From IMG/VR virus record IMGVR_UViG_3300045051_000081, positions 7,072-71,071 of that record: a DNA stretch of 64,000 nucleotides; one strand, 5' to 3'. This stretch comes from a virus. The notes under the pieces were generated by a model. That model searched no databases. It saw nothing but the letters and a program-made list of their open reading frames with translations, and was not told the DNA's origin. The position numbers and the translations under genes were made by a program. Positions 26,435 to 36,307 of this stretch are shown piece by piece. How positions within the stretch are numbered: the first letter of the stretch is position 1; each line of letters begins with the position of its first letter.

Positions 26435-28024
26435 TCATATCCGCGTGTTGAAGGTCATTCCCGAAGAGTAGGAATCAACGAGATATCCGTATGCCGTATA
26501 GACGGTGGCATCGGTTCTCTCGATGCACTGCCAATAATGGAAGCCTAGAGCGTTGCTGGTGTGGGCCGCAGTGACCTGCCAGCCCGGATACATGTACCCA
26601 AACAGTCCGGGCTCACCTCCCGCTTCGGCAGGATCACCGTCCACCCAGTCCCTACCAATCGCGATATACGCGCTAGAACCGGGGTCACACCCGCCCACCT
26701 GTATGAACTGTGCAGAGACACCGTCTTCTTCCAAGCCGAACACCGCCTCACACCGATTGGAGGCTTTCAGATTCATCATCTGCCACGTCGCAACAGCCAC
26801 GGTCCACGAATAGGTATCGTCCTGAACCGTCGTGCCAATGTTGATCCGGTTATAGGCATTCCAGATGTGGAATTTTCCCGGCACGTTGATGCCAGCCCAC
26901 TGCCACATGACTGTCCCGTTGCCCTGACAGTAAGTGGTGCCGACAAACGTCCCCTTATAAGCCGCTGGCCCATTCGTAATCCCAACCGAATTGACCCAGA
27001 TGCCCTCCTTCCGTTCAATCGCCGTACCAGAGGAACGATTGTGTTTGTCTGCCCACTCTGGACCGCGCGAGAGACGGATGATGGGAGAAGTAGGAGTGCC
27101 GGGAGGAGTAACCGAGTCCGCCCACACGAACCAGTCGTAGACCTTCCCCAACATCGTTCCACCGGGAGGAGGACTGTGCGAGGAATCGTTAATCACCGCC
27201 GATATCTCATACACACCGGCATCTTCGTTGGTGAACCTCGTAACGATCATATCCGTGCCGTTCCAGATCGGGATCGTGTTCCCGTTATACGGCGTGTAGA
27301 AGATCGTCGTTGCACCAGTTACGTTACCGAACATGACCGGCGACTTTGACTGCAGCGTCAGACGCCCAGTTGGAGGCGTACCCAAGTATTTCGCCAGCGT
27401 GGGTGGGATCGGATCACCACCGGGACCGGGACCGGGAGCGAGCCCGAGGAGCGCGTCCTGCACGAACTTCGTGGTCGCAAGATTGGTGGAGTTATCAGTC
27501 GGAGCCAACGTCGAGGTCGATCTTGGACCCGGAGTACCAGAAAAAACCGGATTGACCAGCGGCGCATAGGCCGAGAGGTCCACACCAGCGGGCGGAAGAG
27601 CATCAGGATCGATATGCGCGAAGTTCGCCTTCACCCACTCGGTGTTTGCGATACTCTTGTCGTTATCGGTCTTCAGAGGCGTTGGAACAGTCGGGTCACC
27701 AGTGAACACCGGATTGTTGATGTTGGCCTTCAGCGCCAGCTTGGTGTCGTAGTCCGACTTGAGGACGTTATCCGCACTCGTCACGAAATTCGTGGTCGCA
27801 ATGCTCTGGTCGTTGTCACCCGCCAGCGGCGTTGGCGCTTGCGGATCACCCGAGAAGTGCGGCGAGTTGATCGGCGCAGCAGGGGTGAGATTCCCGCTGC
27901 TATCCGTAGGCATCAACCCATAGAGTTCTGCGAAGTTGGCGTTGACCTTGATGAATGCGGTACGGAGCGGGTCGCCCGTCCCGTCGTTCGCAACCGTGCC
28001 AACATTGATGACCTGTTGACTCAT
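26435..28024 (-). CDS. Tail fibre protein
   Basis: NDGTGDPLRTAF N-terminus and three APINSP.F.G.P.APTP...DN...IATT.FV fibre repeats. Confidence 0.8.
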   Translation of the reverse strand: MSQQVINVGTVANDGTGDPLRTAFIKVNANFAELYGLMPTDSSGNLTPAAPINSPHFSGDPQAPTPLAGDNDQSIATTNFVTSADNVLKSDYDTKLALKANINNPVFTGDPTVPTPLKTDNDKSIANTEWVKANFAHIDPDALPPAGVDLSAYAPLVNPVFSGTPGPRSTSTLAPTDNSTNLATTKFVQDALLGLAPGPGPGGDPIPPTLAKYLGTPPTGRLTLQSKSPVMFGNVTGATTIFYTPYNGNTIPIWNGTDMIVTRFTNEDAGVYEISAVINDSSHSPPPGGTMLGKVYDWFVWADSVTPPGTPTSPIIRLSRGPEWADKHNRSSGTAIERKEGIWVNSVGITNGPAAYKGTFVGTTYCQGNGTVMWQWAGINVPGKFHIWNAYNRINIGTTVQDDTYSWTVAVATWQMMNLKASNRCEAVFGLEEDGVSAQFIQVGGCDPGSSAYIAIGRDWVDGDPAEAGGEPGLFGYMYPGWQVTAAHTSNALGFHYWQCIERTDATVYTAYGYLVDSYSSGMTFNTRI

Positions 28025-28035
28025 TTCTCCACCCG

Positions 28036-28761
28036 CTAGGTTTGCGCGTCCGCGAGGACGGTCACAGTGTCGTCAGACGTGGGCACAGTCAGATCAGCCG
28101 CCCACTGGTAATTCGGGAAGGTGTTCACCAGCTTGTCGCCATTGTCGGCCAGCACCATGTCGGTATCAGCCGTATTCCCTTCGATCTCCACTGGCGGAAA
28201 GATCGGAGAGATATCCGCATGCGTGCAGTTGTTACTGGTGTCCACCTTGATCGTGCTGGCCCACGCATCCTCTTTCAGCAGCGGTATGCATGGCAGCGGC
28301 TCAGGTGGTTTAGGCGGCACCGGGACCGAGAACCCGTCCTTGTACGTGCGAGTATCGCAGACTGAACCGCTATCGACGGTGACATCCCGGAACATATCAA
28401 CCGGAGGGAATTGCCGATTGGAAGTGTCAGCCGTGACACTGCTGGGAAAGCCGTCCAGCGGGATATCCTGCAACTGATCGGCGCGCGGCTTGAACGTATG
28501 GCAGTGGATCGGTTCTGACCGGGGGTTGAGGATTGGCACCGGATCGGGCGGCAGCTTGATGGGTCGCAAAGTTGGGTTGGGCCGGTCGTTGCAGGACTCA
28601 CACACCAAGAACCCGGTGCGCTTGATGAAGCGCCCCATGTACTGGGTGTCCCACACCAGATCACGGTGGTTGTACATGAAGCCACAGCGGTCGCAGATCG
28701 CGAACGCCGCAGGACGCTGCGGGTCTACACGAGCGTGCCCTTTGGGTGCGAAGCTACCCAT
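28036..28761 (-). CDS. Virion-associated protein with N-terminal CxxC...CxxC zinc-finger-like domain and T(A/V)D-repeat tail
   Basis: AFAICDRCGF...LVCESC.D.P...DPVPILNPR.E. Confidence 0.6.
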   Translation of the reverse strand: MGSFAPKGHARVDPQRPAAFAICDRCGFMYNHRDLVWDTQYMGRFIKRTGFLVCESCNDRPNPTLRPIKLPPDPVPILNPRSEPIHCHTFKPRADQLQDIPLDGFPSSVTADTSNRQFPPVDMFRDVTVDSGSVCDTRTYKDGFSVPVPPKPPEPLPCIPLLKEDAWASTIKVDTSNNCTHADISPIFPPVEIEGNTADTDMVLADNGDKLVNTFPNYQWAADLTVPTSDDTVTVLADAQT

Positions 28762-29531
28762 CAGTACACACTCGATGTGTAGGTGCCGAGCGCAGGCACG
28801 ACCCGCAACGGAGAATCCTCAACGTCACGCTCCGAGGCCTGCTTAAAGGTAAACATCGCCCGCTGCCCCAAACCCTCCTTCAGGGCTGGCGCATATAGCT
28901 CGGCGCACTTGTACGACAGCGCCGCTACGTAAGCCTCCATGAAGTGCCTCGGCACATCCGCAGCAGCATCGCCACCCAGCACCGCATCCTGCAGATGGCG
29001 TGCGCGGTAGTAATGCAGCACATACTTCTGATGGTCGTCAGGCACCTGCCACAGTGTGATCGAGGGTCCAACCTGCTTGTTGAACCAGTAGACCGAGGGC
29101 GGCCCCGGATCATTCTTCTTGGGGAAGCTCGCATAGGTGTCGCGGTCAACCGAGGTCAGGATACGATCTTGCTGATGCACCCACTCGGTTGAATCCACAG
29201 TCGGCAAGATCCAGTCATCAGCATCGATATTCATGTCATCGACGGTGATGTCCTGCTTCCCCGTGGTGATATAGCTCGCCATGACCATGATCGTGGTGGG
29301 CTCTACATCATACGTGGCTTGCCCCGCTACCAGAGGCACCGATACCCGCTCTACCGTCCAGAGATTAACCTGCTCGTTCGCCCACTCCATCTGGAGCAGG
29401 TTGCACGCCATCGCCGCATCTTGCAGATGATCAACAGTAAGCTGAGCACGCCTGATCTGACACCGCCCATACGCGGCGACGATCAGATCGGAGAGCGCGG
29501 GGCTCCATGATGTCCTACCACTCGCAGCCAT
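28761..29531 (-). CDS. Head-tail connector/neck protein
   Basis: AYGRC...EWAN..VNLWTV...P.K...G.P..YWF pattern; position in the late module. Confidence 0.6.
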   Translation of the reverse strand: MAASGRTSWSPALSDLIVAAYGRCQIRRAQLTVDHLQDAAMACNLLQMEWANEQVNLWTVERVSVPLVAGQATYDVEPTTIMVMASYITTGKQDITVDDMNIDADDWILPTVDSTEWVHQQDRILTSVDRDTYASFPKKNDPGPPSVYWFNKQVGPSITLWQVPDDHQKYVLHYYRARHLQDAVLGGDAAADVPRHFMEAYVAALSYKCAELYAPALKEGLGQRAMFTFKQASERDVEDSPLRVVPALGTYTSSVY

Positions 29532-31279
29532 CATCCCCCCGCCCAATCGTTAACAGCAATAGTGGTGCCGAAAATCTCGAACCCCGGTCGTCCGGTCGCA
29601 ATTGCCGCGTTTGTGGTGGTATAGAGCTTCACGCCATTGCGTCGAACTGTCAGCGTGGTGCCAGAGACTTCCAAGCGCAGCACGTCGCCATTGACCGGCA
29701 CAAAGTCCGTACCGGCACCGTTAATCCCGGTATAAGCGCCAGCCGCCACCGACTCTAGATACATCTTGGTCCCATCGAAGTACGCAACGTAATAGGTGCC
29801 GGGATTGACACCGTTGTGGCGAACGATTGGACCGGCACCGTTTGCGGCTCCTCCCTGCCAGACAATCTCCGAGTACTGATTGGCGGCAAAAGTCCCGGTG
29901 ACACGCCACGTCGCACAGTTCGCTGCTGATGTGCCTTTTGCTTGATTGCTAACAATCGTCAGGGCGTTTCTATCGGTGCCCCAGTTGGCCCCCAGCGCAC
30001 CGTTAGCACGATTGAAGTCGTCAGAGATGCTCCCAGCAGGCGGAGCATAGACAGCTAAATAATCTGTTGCGCTAACATAGGGAAAATCAGTGGCACCAGC
30101 CGTGGCCGCATTGGTCGGTATCCAGAACATGCCATCGTTTTCTGGTGTTCCCCACGCCGCCCCCGCAGGCACCTTCCACCTGTTGTTCGACCAGACGCTG
30201 CCCGTGGTTAGCCACCAGTTCTGGTGATTAACCCCGTTAGGAATCAGAAACTTGGTGGAGAACGTGTTCCCGGTAAACGTGATGTAGCTGGCGGTCGAGT
30301 TGAAACTGTCGGGGAACACACCGCCAAAGTTAATGGCGTTGTTCCAGCCGCTGATCAGATTATTAGTGATGGTGAAGTGATTGTATCCAACACCACCATG
30401 ATTGGCAGGAGTGGAGAACTGATAACCAATGGCGTTGGTGTTGGCCACAGCTTCAATCGTATTGTGATTGATGACGACATACGCCGAGTAGTCATCGGTA
30501 CCAAGCGCACCGATAGCATCGGTGTGATCAGCGCCCCCATTATCGTTGCGCGGATCGTGGAACCAGTTGTGCTCAAAGACGTGCGGCTTGGCCTGCGTCG
30601 AGCCCCGCGTATCTATGGCGTTGGCAAAGCCCCAGAAATCGCAATGCGTAACGGTCAGTTTCCCGCACGTTGTATAGAAGCCGCCGTTTGCGGCGATGCC
30701 ATATTGATATCCCGCTGCATTGGACACTGGAGGCACACTTGCGCCCAGCGGCTCGAACGAGCAGTAGTCAAAAGTGATGTTATCCCCCACGATCCCAACA
30801 TTGAGATCGCCTGTCCGTGCAAACCGACAACCGTAGAACGTGACGTTATTTACGGAAGCACCAACAGGATTGCCAACCTCTCCGACTGCTACGCCAGCAG
30901 TGAACTCCTTGAAGCTATAAGTCGTGTTGCTGGCGATTGTCCCCGGACCCGGAGTGAGCAAGCCGGGATAGCCGGGAGCATTGCGAAAACCGGTGTTGGT
31001 GGCATCAGGAACACCACCGGCTACTGTACCGGTGACAAAGACAGGAATGGGATCGGTCGGCGTAACAGGCGGCGTGCCAGTAGCATAGACGATAGGGATT
31101 GGCTGAACCGGAGCGCGAGGAAAGTTAGCAGCAACCTCAACAACCCGCTGTGCTGCACCGGGACCGACAGGAACCGAACCATCAGTTACTTTGACAACAG
31201 GAATCGCCGTTACCGGAGCCAGCTTGCCGCTGCCCGTCACGACCGACATCGCGTTGATAGGCAGGAAGCTCGCAGCCAT
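29531..31279 (-). CDS. Structural/receptor-binding protein with beta-helix-like and C-terminal lectin-like regions
   Basis: Repeated .T.T.N.F/I and HNWFHD/HTDAI segments; DDFNRANGALG.NW domain. Confidence 0.55.
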   Translation of the reverse strand: MAASFLPINAMSVVTGSGKLAPVTAIPVVKVTDGSVPVGPGAAQRVVEVAANFPRAPVQPIPIVYATGTPPVTPTDPIPVFVTGTVAGGVPDATNTGFRNAPGYPGLLTPGPGTIASNTTYSFKEFTAGVAVGEVGNPVGASVNNVTFYGCRFARTGDLNVGIVGDNITFDYCSFEPLGASVPPVSNAAGYQYGIAANGGFYTTCGKLTVTHCDFWGFANAIDTRGSTQAKPHVFEHNWFHDPRNDNGGADHTDAIGALGTDDYSAYVVINHNTIEAVANTNAIGYQFSTPANHGGVGYNHFTITNNLISGWNNAINFGGVFPDSFNSTASYITFTGNTFSTKFLIPNGVNHQNWWLTTGSVWSNNRWKVPAGAAWGTPENDGMFWIPTNAATAGATDFPYVSATDYLAVYAPPAGSISDDFNRANGALGANWGTDRNALTIVSNQAKGTSAANCATWRVTGTFAANQYSEIVWQGGAANGAGPIVRHNGVNPGTYYVAYFDGTKMYLESVAAGAYTGINGAGTDFVPVNGDVLRLEVSGTTLTVRRNGVKLYTTTNAAIATGRPGFEIFGTTIAVNDWAGG

Positions 31280-31378
31280 AGCCCTCTTTCTCGTAATGTG
31301 CGGAGAGGTTGGAATAGCTGTGTCGGAGGACGGTTCCCAGCTTCACCCAACCTCTCCTACCCGCGTGGTACGGGTTCG

Positions 31379-31888
31379 TTAAACCTTGCCGCCCTTCTTC
31401 TTGGGCTCGGGCGGCTTGTCACCCCTTTCGATGCCGCGAATGCGGCCCATCTGCGCTTTCCAAGCCTCCGCAGTACCGGGCGATAAGTTCTTCTCGTCAC
31501 CAATGCTGTAGCGCGGGTCAGGCTTGGGCATCGGTACAGAACCGCCATCGGCGTACTTCTTCTTAACGCCACCCTTCACCACGGACTCCATATCGTCCGC
31601 ATCCTGTAGCAGCTTCTTGTTGGGCGGCCCCTTCGGGAACCCAGCCTTCATATCTCCTGCATCAGCGCCATCACGACCGCGCACGAAACCGCCGCTGCGG
31701 AAATGTCCCGCGCGGTCTGGCCGCTTGTTCGAAGTCTCCCCAGTCACCTTGGAGTGGAAGGTATTCGAGGTGACCTTCTTCGGGCCGCGCGTTTTCTTCG
31801 GCGGCTCGCCGCCCTTGTACAGGACGTTCTCGCCCACAAACTCGTCACGCAAGTCTCGGGGAGCGTTGCCGATTGGACCCTTGGCCAT
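31379..31888 (-). CDS. Basic virion-associated protein with xxGGxV motifs
   Basis: FRSGGFV, YADGGSV, KKGGKV; GGAGG SD. Confidence 0.6.
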   Translation of the reverse strand: MAKGPIGNAPRDLRDEFVGENVLYKGGEPPKKTRGPKKVTSNTFHSKVTGETSNKRPDRAGHFRSGGFVRGRDGADAGDMKAGFPKGPPNKKLLQDADDMESVVKGGVKKKYADGGSVPMPKPDPRYSIGDEKNLSPGTAEAWKAQMGRIRGIERGDKPPEPKKKGGKV

Positions 31889-31900
31889 CCGCCCTCCCGA

Positions 31901-32416
31901 TTAGTTGTCAGCCCATGTGATGGTGAACGTCGCGCCAGTACCACTGCCGCCAGTGCATGACTGCGCAGGCGCTGGTCCGGGCTTCGTCGCATTGCCGGGA
32001 TTGACGATGCTCACAGCAGAAATAATCCCACCAGCAGCCGTGGTAACCCGAAGAACAACGGGACCAGTGTTGGCGGGAAGCGTGAGCGTATCGCCAACCG
32101 TGTAGCCGGTGCCACCAGCCGTCACTGCTATCGATGAGGCTTTCTGCGAGAGCGATGTCACATCGCCCGAGCCGTCAATGTCGTCCTGAATGCCGGTTGG
32201 CGTACAGAACTGACCAGAAGCGGCCCGCAAAGCCGGGTTTTCCAGAAACGGGACATTGATAATCCCGAGATAGGCTCCAGTCTGGGCGTTGAACGTGCCC
32301 AGATTGAACTGACTGTAGCTGGTGCGCTTGGTGACGATGGCAGCTTGCGGACGCCGCGTCGGGTCGGCAAAGAACCATACCGTCGTTCCAACCTGCGGAA
32401 GCATATGCCTCGGCAT
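31901..32416 (-). CDS. Hypothetical structural protein
   Basis: GGTGYTVGDTLT...GGSGTGATF motif; immediately follows the capsid gene. Confidence 0.55.
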   Translation of the reverse strand: MPRHMLPQVGTTVWFFADPTRRPQAAIVTKRTSYSQFNLGTFNAQTGAYLGIINVPFLENPALRAASGQFCTPTGIQDDIDGSGDVTSLSQKASSIAVTAGGTGYTVGDTLTLPANTGPVVLRVTTAAGGIISAVSIVNPGNATKPGPAPAQSCTGGSGTGATFTITWADN

Positions 32417-32471
32417 CGGGCTTCTCCCTTTAACCTAACCTGCCGCTCTCAATCAGCCCCGGCAGGACGAG

Positions 32472-33383
32472 CTACGAAGTCGGGAACGTCCCGTACACCG
32501 CGCGCCAGTCAAAGTACGAGAACGCATAACGCTCGCGGCCTTTAACTTTTAAGTTATCCGTATCGAAATCCACATACATATCCATCTCGAACGGCACGCG
32601 GTCGTAGTAGATCAGCCCGCGCTTGTCGGTCTTGAGGAACCAAGCAAAGTTAGAGGTGAGGAACTCGTTCACCATGTAGTCGCGTAGACCACCACCCACA
32701 TGCTTGATGGCGTTCACATCGTTGTCGTTGGTGCCGGGACGAAGTTCTGTGCGAAGCAGTCTTACAGCGACTGGTTCCAACGCCGCTGGGACTATCAGAA
32801 GCTCGGCGCGCGCCACGATCTTGATGTTGCGCTCGTCCACCCAAGTGTTGCGGATGGTGGTCATCGCGGTGAGCAACGTGCTCTCGTTCAGACTGACCTG
32901 CGTGGCGGGCATGTTGCCCACCGTCCCAGTGTCGATAGGATGCGCCACATCGAACAGCGCCTTGCCATCACCACCGACCGTCGAGTCATAGACGTTGCCG
33001 ACATTGAAGATATTCGCCGCGTAGATTTCCTTCGTCGTCGCGAAGACATCCTGCAGACCGAGGTTCGACGGATTGAACTCTGCCTTGTACTGATTGTCCT
33101 CGACGGCCTTCCGGGTGACCACGTAGCCGAGACTTAGCTCTTTCATCTCAGCCGAGTACATCCAACGCTCACCTGCCCTCTCATCGAAGTAGGTGGAAGC
33201 GCCTTCGCCCTTCTCACGCGCCAGCGGCAAGTAAGCCATCTGGGTGCGGCGTTCGAGCGCCATCTTGGATGACCGCTTCTCGAAACAGCGTGACCACTTC
33301 GTCTCGATCTTCTTGTAACGTCCCTCAACGGCAGCAAGGCCGGGGAACAACTCGTTCTTGATCGATGCAAGATCAATAGCCAT
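32472..33383 (-). CDS. Major capsid protein
   Basis: 303 aa, MAIDLASIKNELFPGL...LGYVVTRKAVEDN...DFDTDNLKVKGRERY.F...DWR; downstream of the scaffold gene. Confidence 0.85.
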   Translation of the reverse strand: MAIDLASIKNELFPGLAAVEGRYKKIETKWSRCFEKRSSKMALERRTQMAYLPLAREKGEGASTYFDERAGERWMYSAEMKELSLGYVVTRKAVEDNQYKAEFNPSNLGLQDVFATTKEIYAANIFNVGNVYDSTVGGDGKALFDVAHPIDTGTVGNMPATQVSLNESTLLTAMTTIRNTWVDERNIKIVARAELLIVPAALEPVAVRLLRTELRPGTNDNDVNAIKHVGGGLRDYMVNEFLTSNFAWFLKTDKRGLIYYDRVPFEMDMYVDFDTDNLKVKGRERYAFSYFDWRAVYGTFPTS

Positions 33384-33410
33384 GATTCATTCCCTTCGAA
33401 CTTGCGTGCG

Positions 33411-33989
33411 TTAGACGCCGACCATCTGGCGATAAATGTGATCGTTCCACGCCACCTGAACGATGTTGTTTGCCGAGGTGTGGTCGTAGCCGTTGCCAAC
33501 CATCGGAGCCGGATCGCCCAGCGCGATGACACGGAATAGAGCGGTCGCCGAGGCCGCAGGCGCAGCCAGCGTCCACTTGGAGAATCCGGTTGTGGAAGCA
33601 ACAATGGTGGGATTAGCCGTCATCCCGACATCGGCGAGGAGGATCGGCCCAGCAGCCGCCTGCACCTCGAACACGACATTGGGGTCATCGATGATGAAGG
33701 CATCGACCTCGCCAACCGCACCGGCACCGGGCCAGTAGTTCGACCAGATCGGATAGCCGAGCGAGGCTGCCAGATAGTGACAGCCGACAAAGACACCAAG
33801 ACCAGAATGATCCGCTACCGCGCCGGTTATGGCTTGGACATACCCGGATGCAAGCGCCTGAACCACATCGCCGCGATTGAGCGCGGTCGCATTGGTCAGC
33901 ATCTTGCGGGTGTTGTGATTGCCTGTCCACGCTGCGCCATCGAGACGCTTGATCGGGCGAAAACCAAACGCAGAATCAATGTTCGCCAT
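33411..33989 (-). CDS. Capsid decoration/minor capsid protein
   Basis: MAN.DSAFGFRP...GVFVGC.Y...DDPNVVFEVQ; directly upstream of the MCP gene. Confidence 0.65.
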   Translation of the reverse strand: MANIDSAFGFRPIKRLDGAAWTGNHNTRKMLTNATALNRGDVVQALASGYVQAITGAVADHSGLGVFVGCHYLAASLGYPIWSNYWPGAGAVGEVDAFIIDDPNVVFEVQAAAGPILLADVGMTANPTIVASTTGFSKWTLAAPAASATALFRVIALGDPAPMVGNGYDHTSANNIVQVAWNDHIYRQMVGV

Positions 33990-34090
33990 AAGCTGGCTCC
34001 CCCTTCAAGGGTTACCGGCATTGGCGAGCTTCGCCGCAGTCCGTGTGGTTAGACCGCTATCGGCGTCCGGGCTTCGAACACCACCCCGAG

Positions 34091-34639
34091 CTACTCGGGG
34101 ATTTCGATGGCTTCACGCGAGGTCCGAATGACCGGAGTGGTTCGCGGAGCCTGCCCCTCGGGGGCCTCAGACATCTTCAGGCGATGCACCTGCATGGCGC
34201 GAGTCGCGCGGACATAATCCTCTTGTCTGGCCTGAACTGTCAAGCGCATGGGCCGCTCCATCAGGATCATGTCGTTGACGATGACCGGCCCCTCGGTCCC
34301 CGGAGGGGCAAATCGGTCAGGAAACATGCTGTGCGGCACGTTGCGCCAACCCTGATCATGGTGGCCCCGCAGCTTGGAATAGTCCTGCTTGCCGTAGGTC
34401 TCCCAGTTATTCCACTGGAAGTCGGTCTCACGAGCGATCTGCTCCGGGGTGCCATACCCATTGGTCGGACAATACACCCGCCTGATGTCATCGATGTCGT
34501 AAGGATTGACGACAGCATCCCCAGTCCGCATACGCTGGCGACCATCGTCTATGGGACGGATGTCGCCGCGCGCCTCGGTGCGGATAGGCTCTTCGCGTTG
34601 AGTCTCGCGGAGTTCGTTAGGTGACGGAACGCGATCCAT
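34091..34639 (-). CDS. Conserved head-module hypothetical protein
   Basis: GW..VP...ILMERP motif; lies between the scaffold and capsid genes. Confidence 0.55.
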   Translation of the reverse strand: MDRVPSPNELRETQREEPIRTEARGDIRPIDDGRQRMRTGDAVVNPYDIDDIRRVYCPTNGYGTPEQIARETDFQWNNWETYGKQDYSKLRGHHDQGWRNVPHSMFPDRFAPPGTEGPVIVNDMILMERPMRLTVQARQEDYVRATRAMQVHRLKMSEAPEGQAPRTTPVIRTSREAIEIPE

Positions 34640-34646
34640 ATTCGCC

Positions 34647-35576
34647 TCATGTAATAGGAGTGATCCGGCCTTCCTTCAGGAGTTTCACGTAGTTCGTAGC
34701 CCACTCGCTCGGGGTGACGCCCTGCTCCTCGGCCAGTCGCCGCATCTTCGGCGTCAGACGGAAGGTACCCGGTGCAAGATTGTCACCACCGGGCGCGGGG
34801 CCGCGCGTGACCGGCGCTGAATAACCGGGAATACGAGGAGCCGCCCCATTCTCACTTGGCGCTTGACCGTTGCCCCCGAGTGACGATTCGACGTACCGGA
34901 AGTAGCCCTCGGTATCAACCGCATGGCCAGCATCCAGCGCCTTGTCGTGGGCATCGATGGCAATCTTCTTGAGCGTGCCGTCGCCCCGGATCAACTCGGG
35001 GTGCTTGCGCAAGAATGCCTGTGTCGCCGGGGTGCGATTGGCAATCGCCCGCTCCACCGGATCTGTCGGCACCTGCCGCTGTGGTTGCTGCTGCTGCGGT
35101 TGCTGCCGTGGTTGCTGTGGCTGCTGCCGCTGCTGCTGCAACGCCTGCTTTTCGCGCTCCGCAATGGCCAGCGCGCCGCCTATACGTCCCAACTGCTTGT
35201 TAATCGCAGCAGCGGTTTTGAAGTCCCCCTCATTCATGGCCACTTCGGCATGAGCGGCAAGATTGTCCATCTCCCCCGTCATGCCTTGAATCTGGCTGTC
35301 TACGTAGGCCTCGTAGTTGTTGCCGCCGCGCTGCTCAGCTTCCTGCGCGTAACGCACGGCCTGATCGCGCTCTGCTGCAATGCGGCGGGCCTGATCCTCG
35401 ACCGCCGCGCGCGCCCTGCGCTCGTTGGCGATCTGTAACTGCAGATCCTGCAGGCCCACTTGGGGCTCAACCGCAGCAGGCGGGCCGGGGACCGGCGGCG
35501 GCTTGGCCTCGACCTTGGCCTCCACCTCTGGCTCAGCGTTAAGGTTGACGACTAGGTCTTCACCTTCCTCAGCCAT
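34647..35576 (-). CDS. Scaffolding protein
   Basis: Coiled-coil, Q-rich, with C-terminal LTP....AEEQGVTPSEWA; gene position. Confidence 0.65.
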   Translation of the reverse strand: MAEEGEDLVVNLNAEPEVEAKVEAKPPPVPGPPAAVEPQVGLQDLQLQIANERRARAAVEDQARRIAAERDQAVRYAQEAEQRGGNNYEAYVDSQIQGMTGEMDNLAAHAEVAMNEGDFKTAAAINKQLGRIGGALAIAEREKQALQQQRQQPQQPRQQPQQQQPQRQVPTDPVERAIANRTPATQAFLRKHPELIRGDGTLKKIAIDAHDKALDAGHAVDTEGYFRYVESSLGGNGQAPSENGAAPRIPGYSAPVTRGPAPGGDNLAPGTFRLTPKMRRLAEEQGVTPSEWATNYVKLLKEGRITPIT

Positions 35577-35585
35577 TATCCCCTC

Positions 35586-36062
35586 CTAATATACCAGCTT
35601 GGGGTCATCGACCGTTCCAAGGATCCTCACATCGGGGATCCACCGGCAATGCACCCGGTTGACCGTGGTCTGTCTGGCGTCGTGGATGTCCCACATGATC
35701 CAGTCGCCGATTTTCACGTCCTGACCGTGGAACTTGTTGCGGTCGTCATCGACAAAGGCCAACGGCCCCTTGCCAAGAACCAACCCCACCTTGCCCTGCC
35801 AGAGAGCCTCGTCTTGCGACTTTTGCGAGCGATAGAACTTCTGGCCGCCCGGAAGGGTCTCATACGCCGGAAGGTAATAAGTCGCCGCTATCACGTAATT
35901 GCCGAACCAGTGGATGTTATCCATCCACATCTGACACCGGTCCAGCAAAAACTCGCGCGGATCCTTCGCGTATAGCTCCGCCTCGTGATCGTTGTTCCAA
36001 GGCGTCTGCGGCCCCTGTGCCATGGTCGCCGTGACAGCGGCTGCCCCAAGAATATGCGCCAT
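35586..36062 (-). CDS. GroES-like co-chaperonin
   Basis: GKVGLVLGKGPLAF...VKIGDWI...D..ILGTV pattern. Confidence 0.65.
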   Translation of the reverse strand: MAHILGAAAVTATMAQGPQTPWNNDHEAELYAKDPREFLLDRCQMWMDNIHWFGNYVIAATYYLPAYETLPGGQKFYRSQKSQDEALWQGKVGLVLGKGPLAFVDDDRNKFHGQDVKIGDWIMWDIHDARQTTVNRVHCRWIPDVRILGTVDDPKLVY

Positions 36063-36307
36063 CAGTTCACTCTCCCCATACGGTCTCGTTCCGGCTCATC
36101 GCTATCCATGCGATGCGCCAGCGCATTCATCTCATTGATTGCCAGTTCCAGCCCCTCGATCCGGCCAGCCGTGCGCTGGAAGATCTCCCACGACTGCGAG
36201 GCCCGGAGCCCCGCATGGAGCCCCGGCCTTTCATTGTCGCCAAACAGAATCCGGTGAAGGACGCGCTCCAGCGCATCCTTGAAGACCTGATCCTCACGGT
36301 CGTACAT
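36062..36307 (-). CDS. Hypothetical protein
   Basis: Translationally coupled on both sides. Confidence 0.55.
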   Translation of the reverse strand: MYDREDQVFKDALERVLHRILFGDNERPGLHAGLRASQSWEIFQRTAGRIEGLELAINEMNALAHRMDSDEPERDRMGRVN

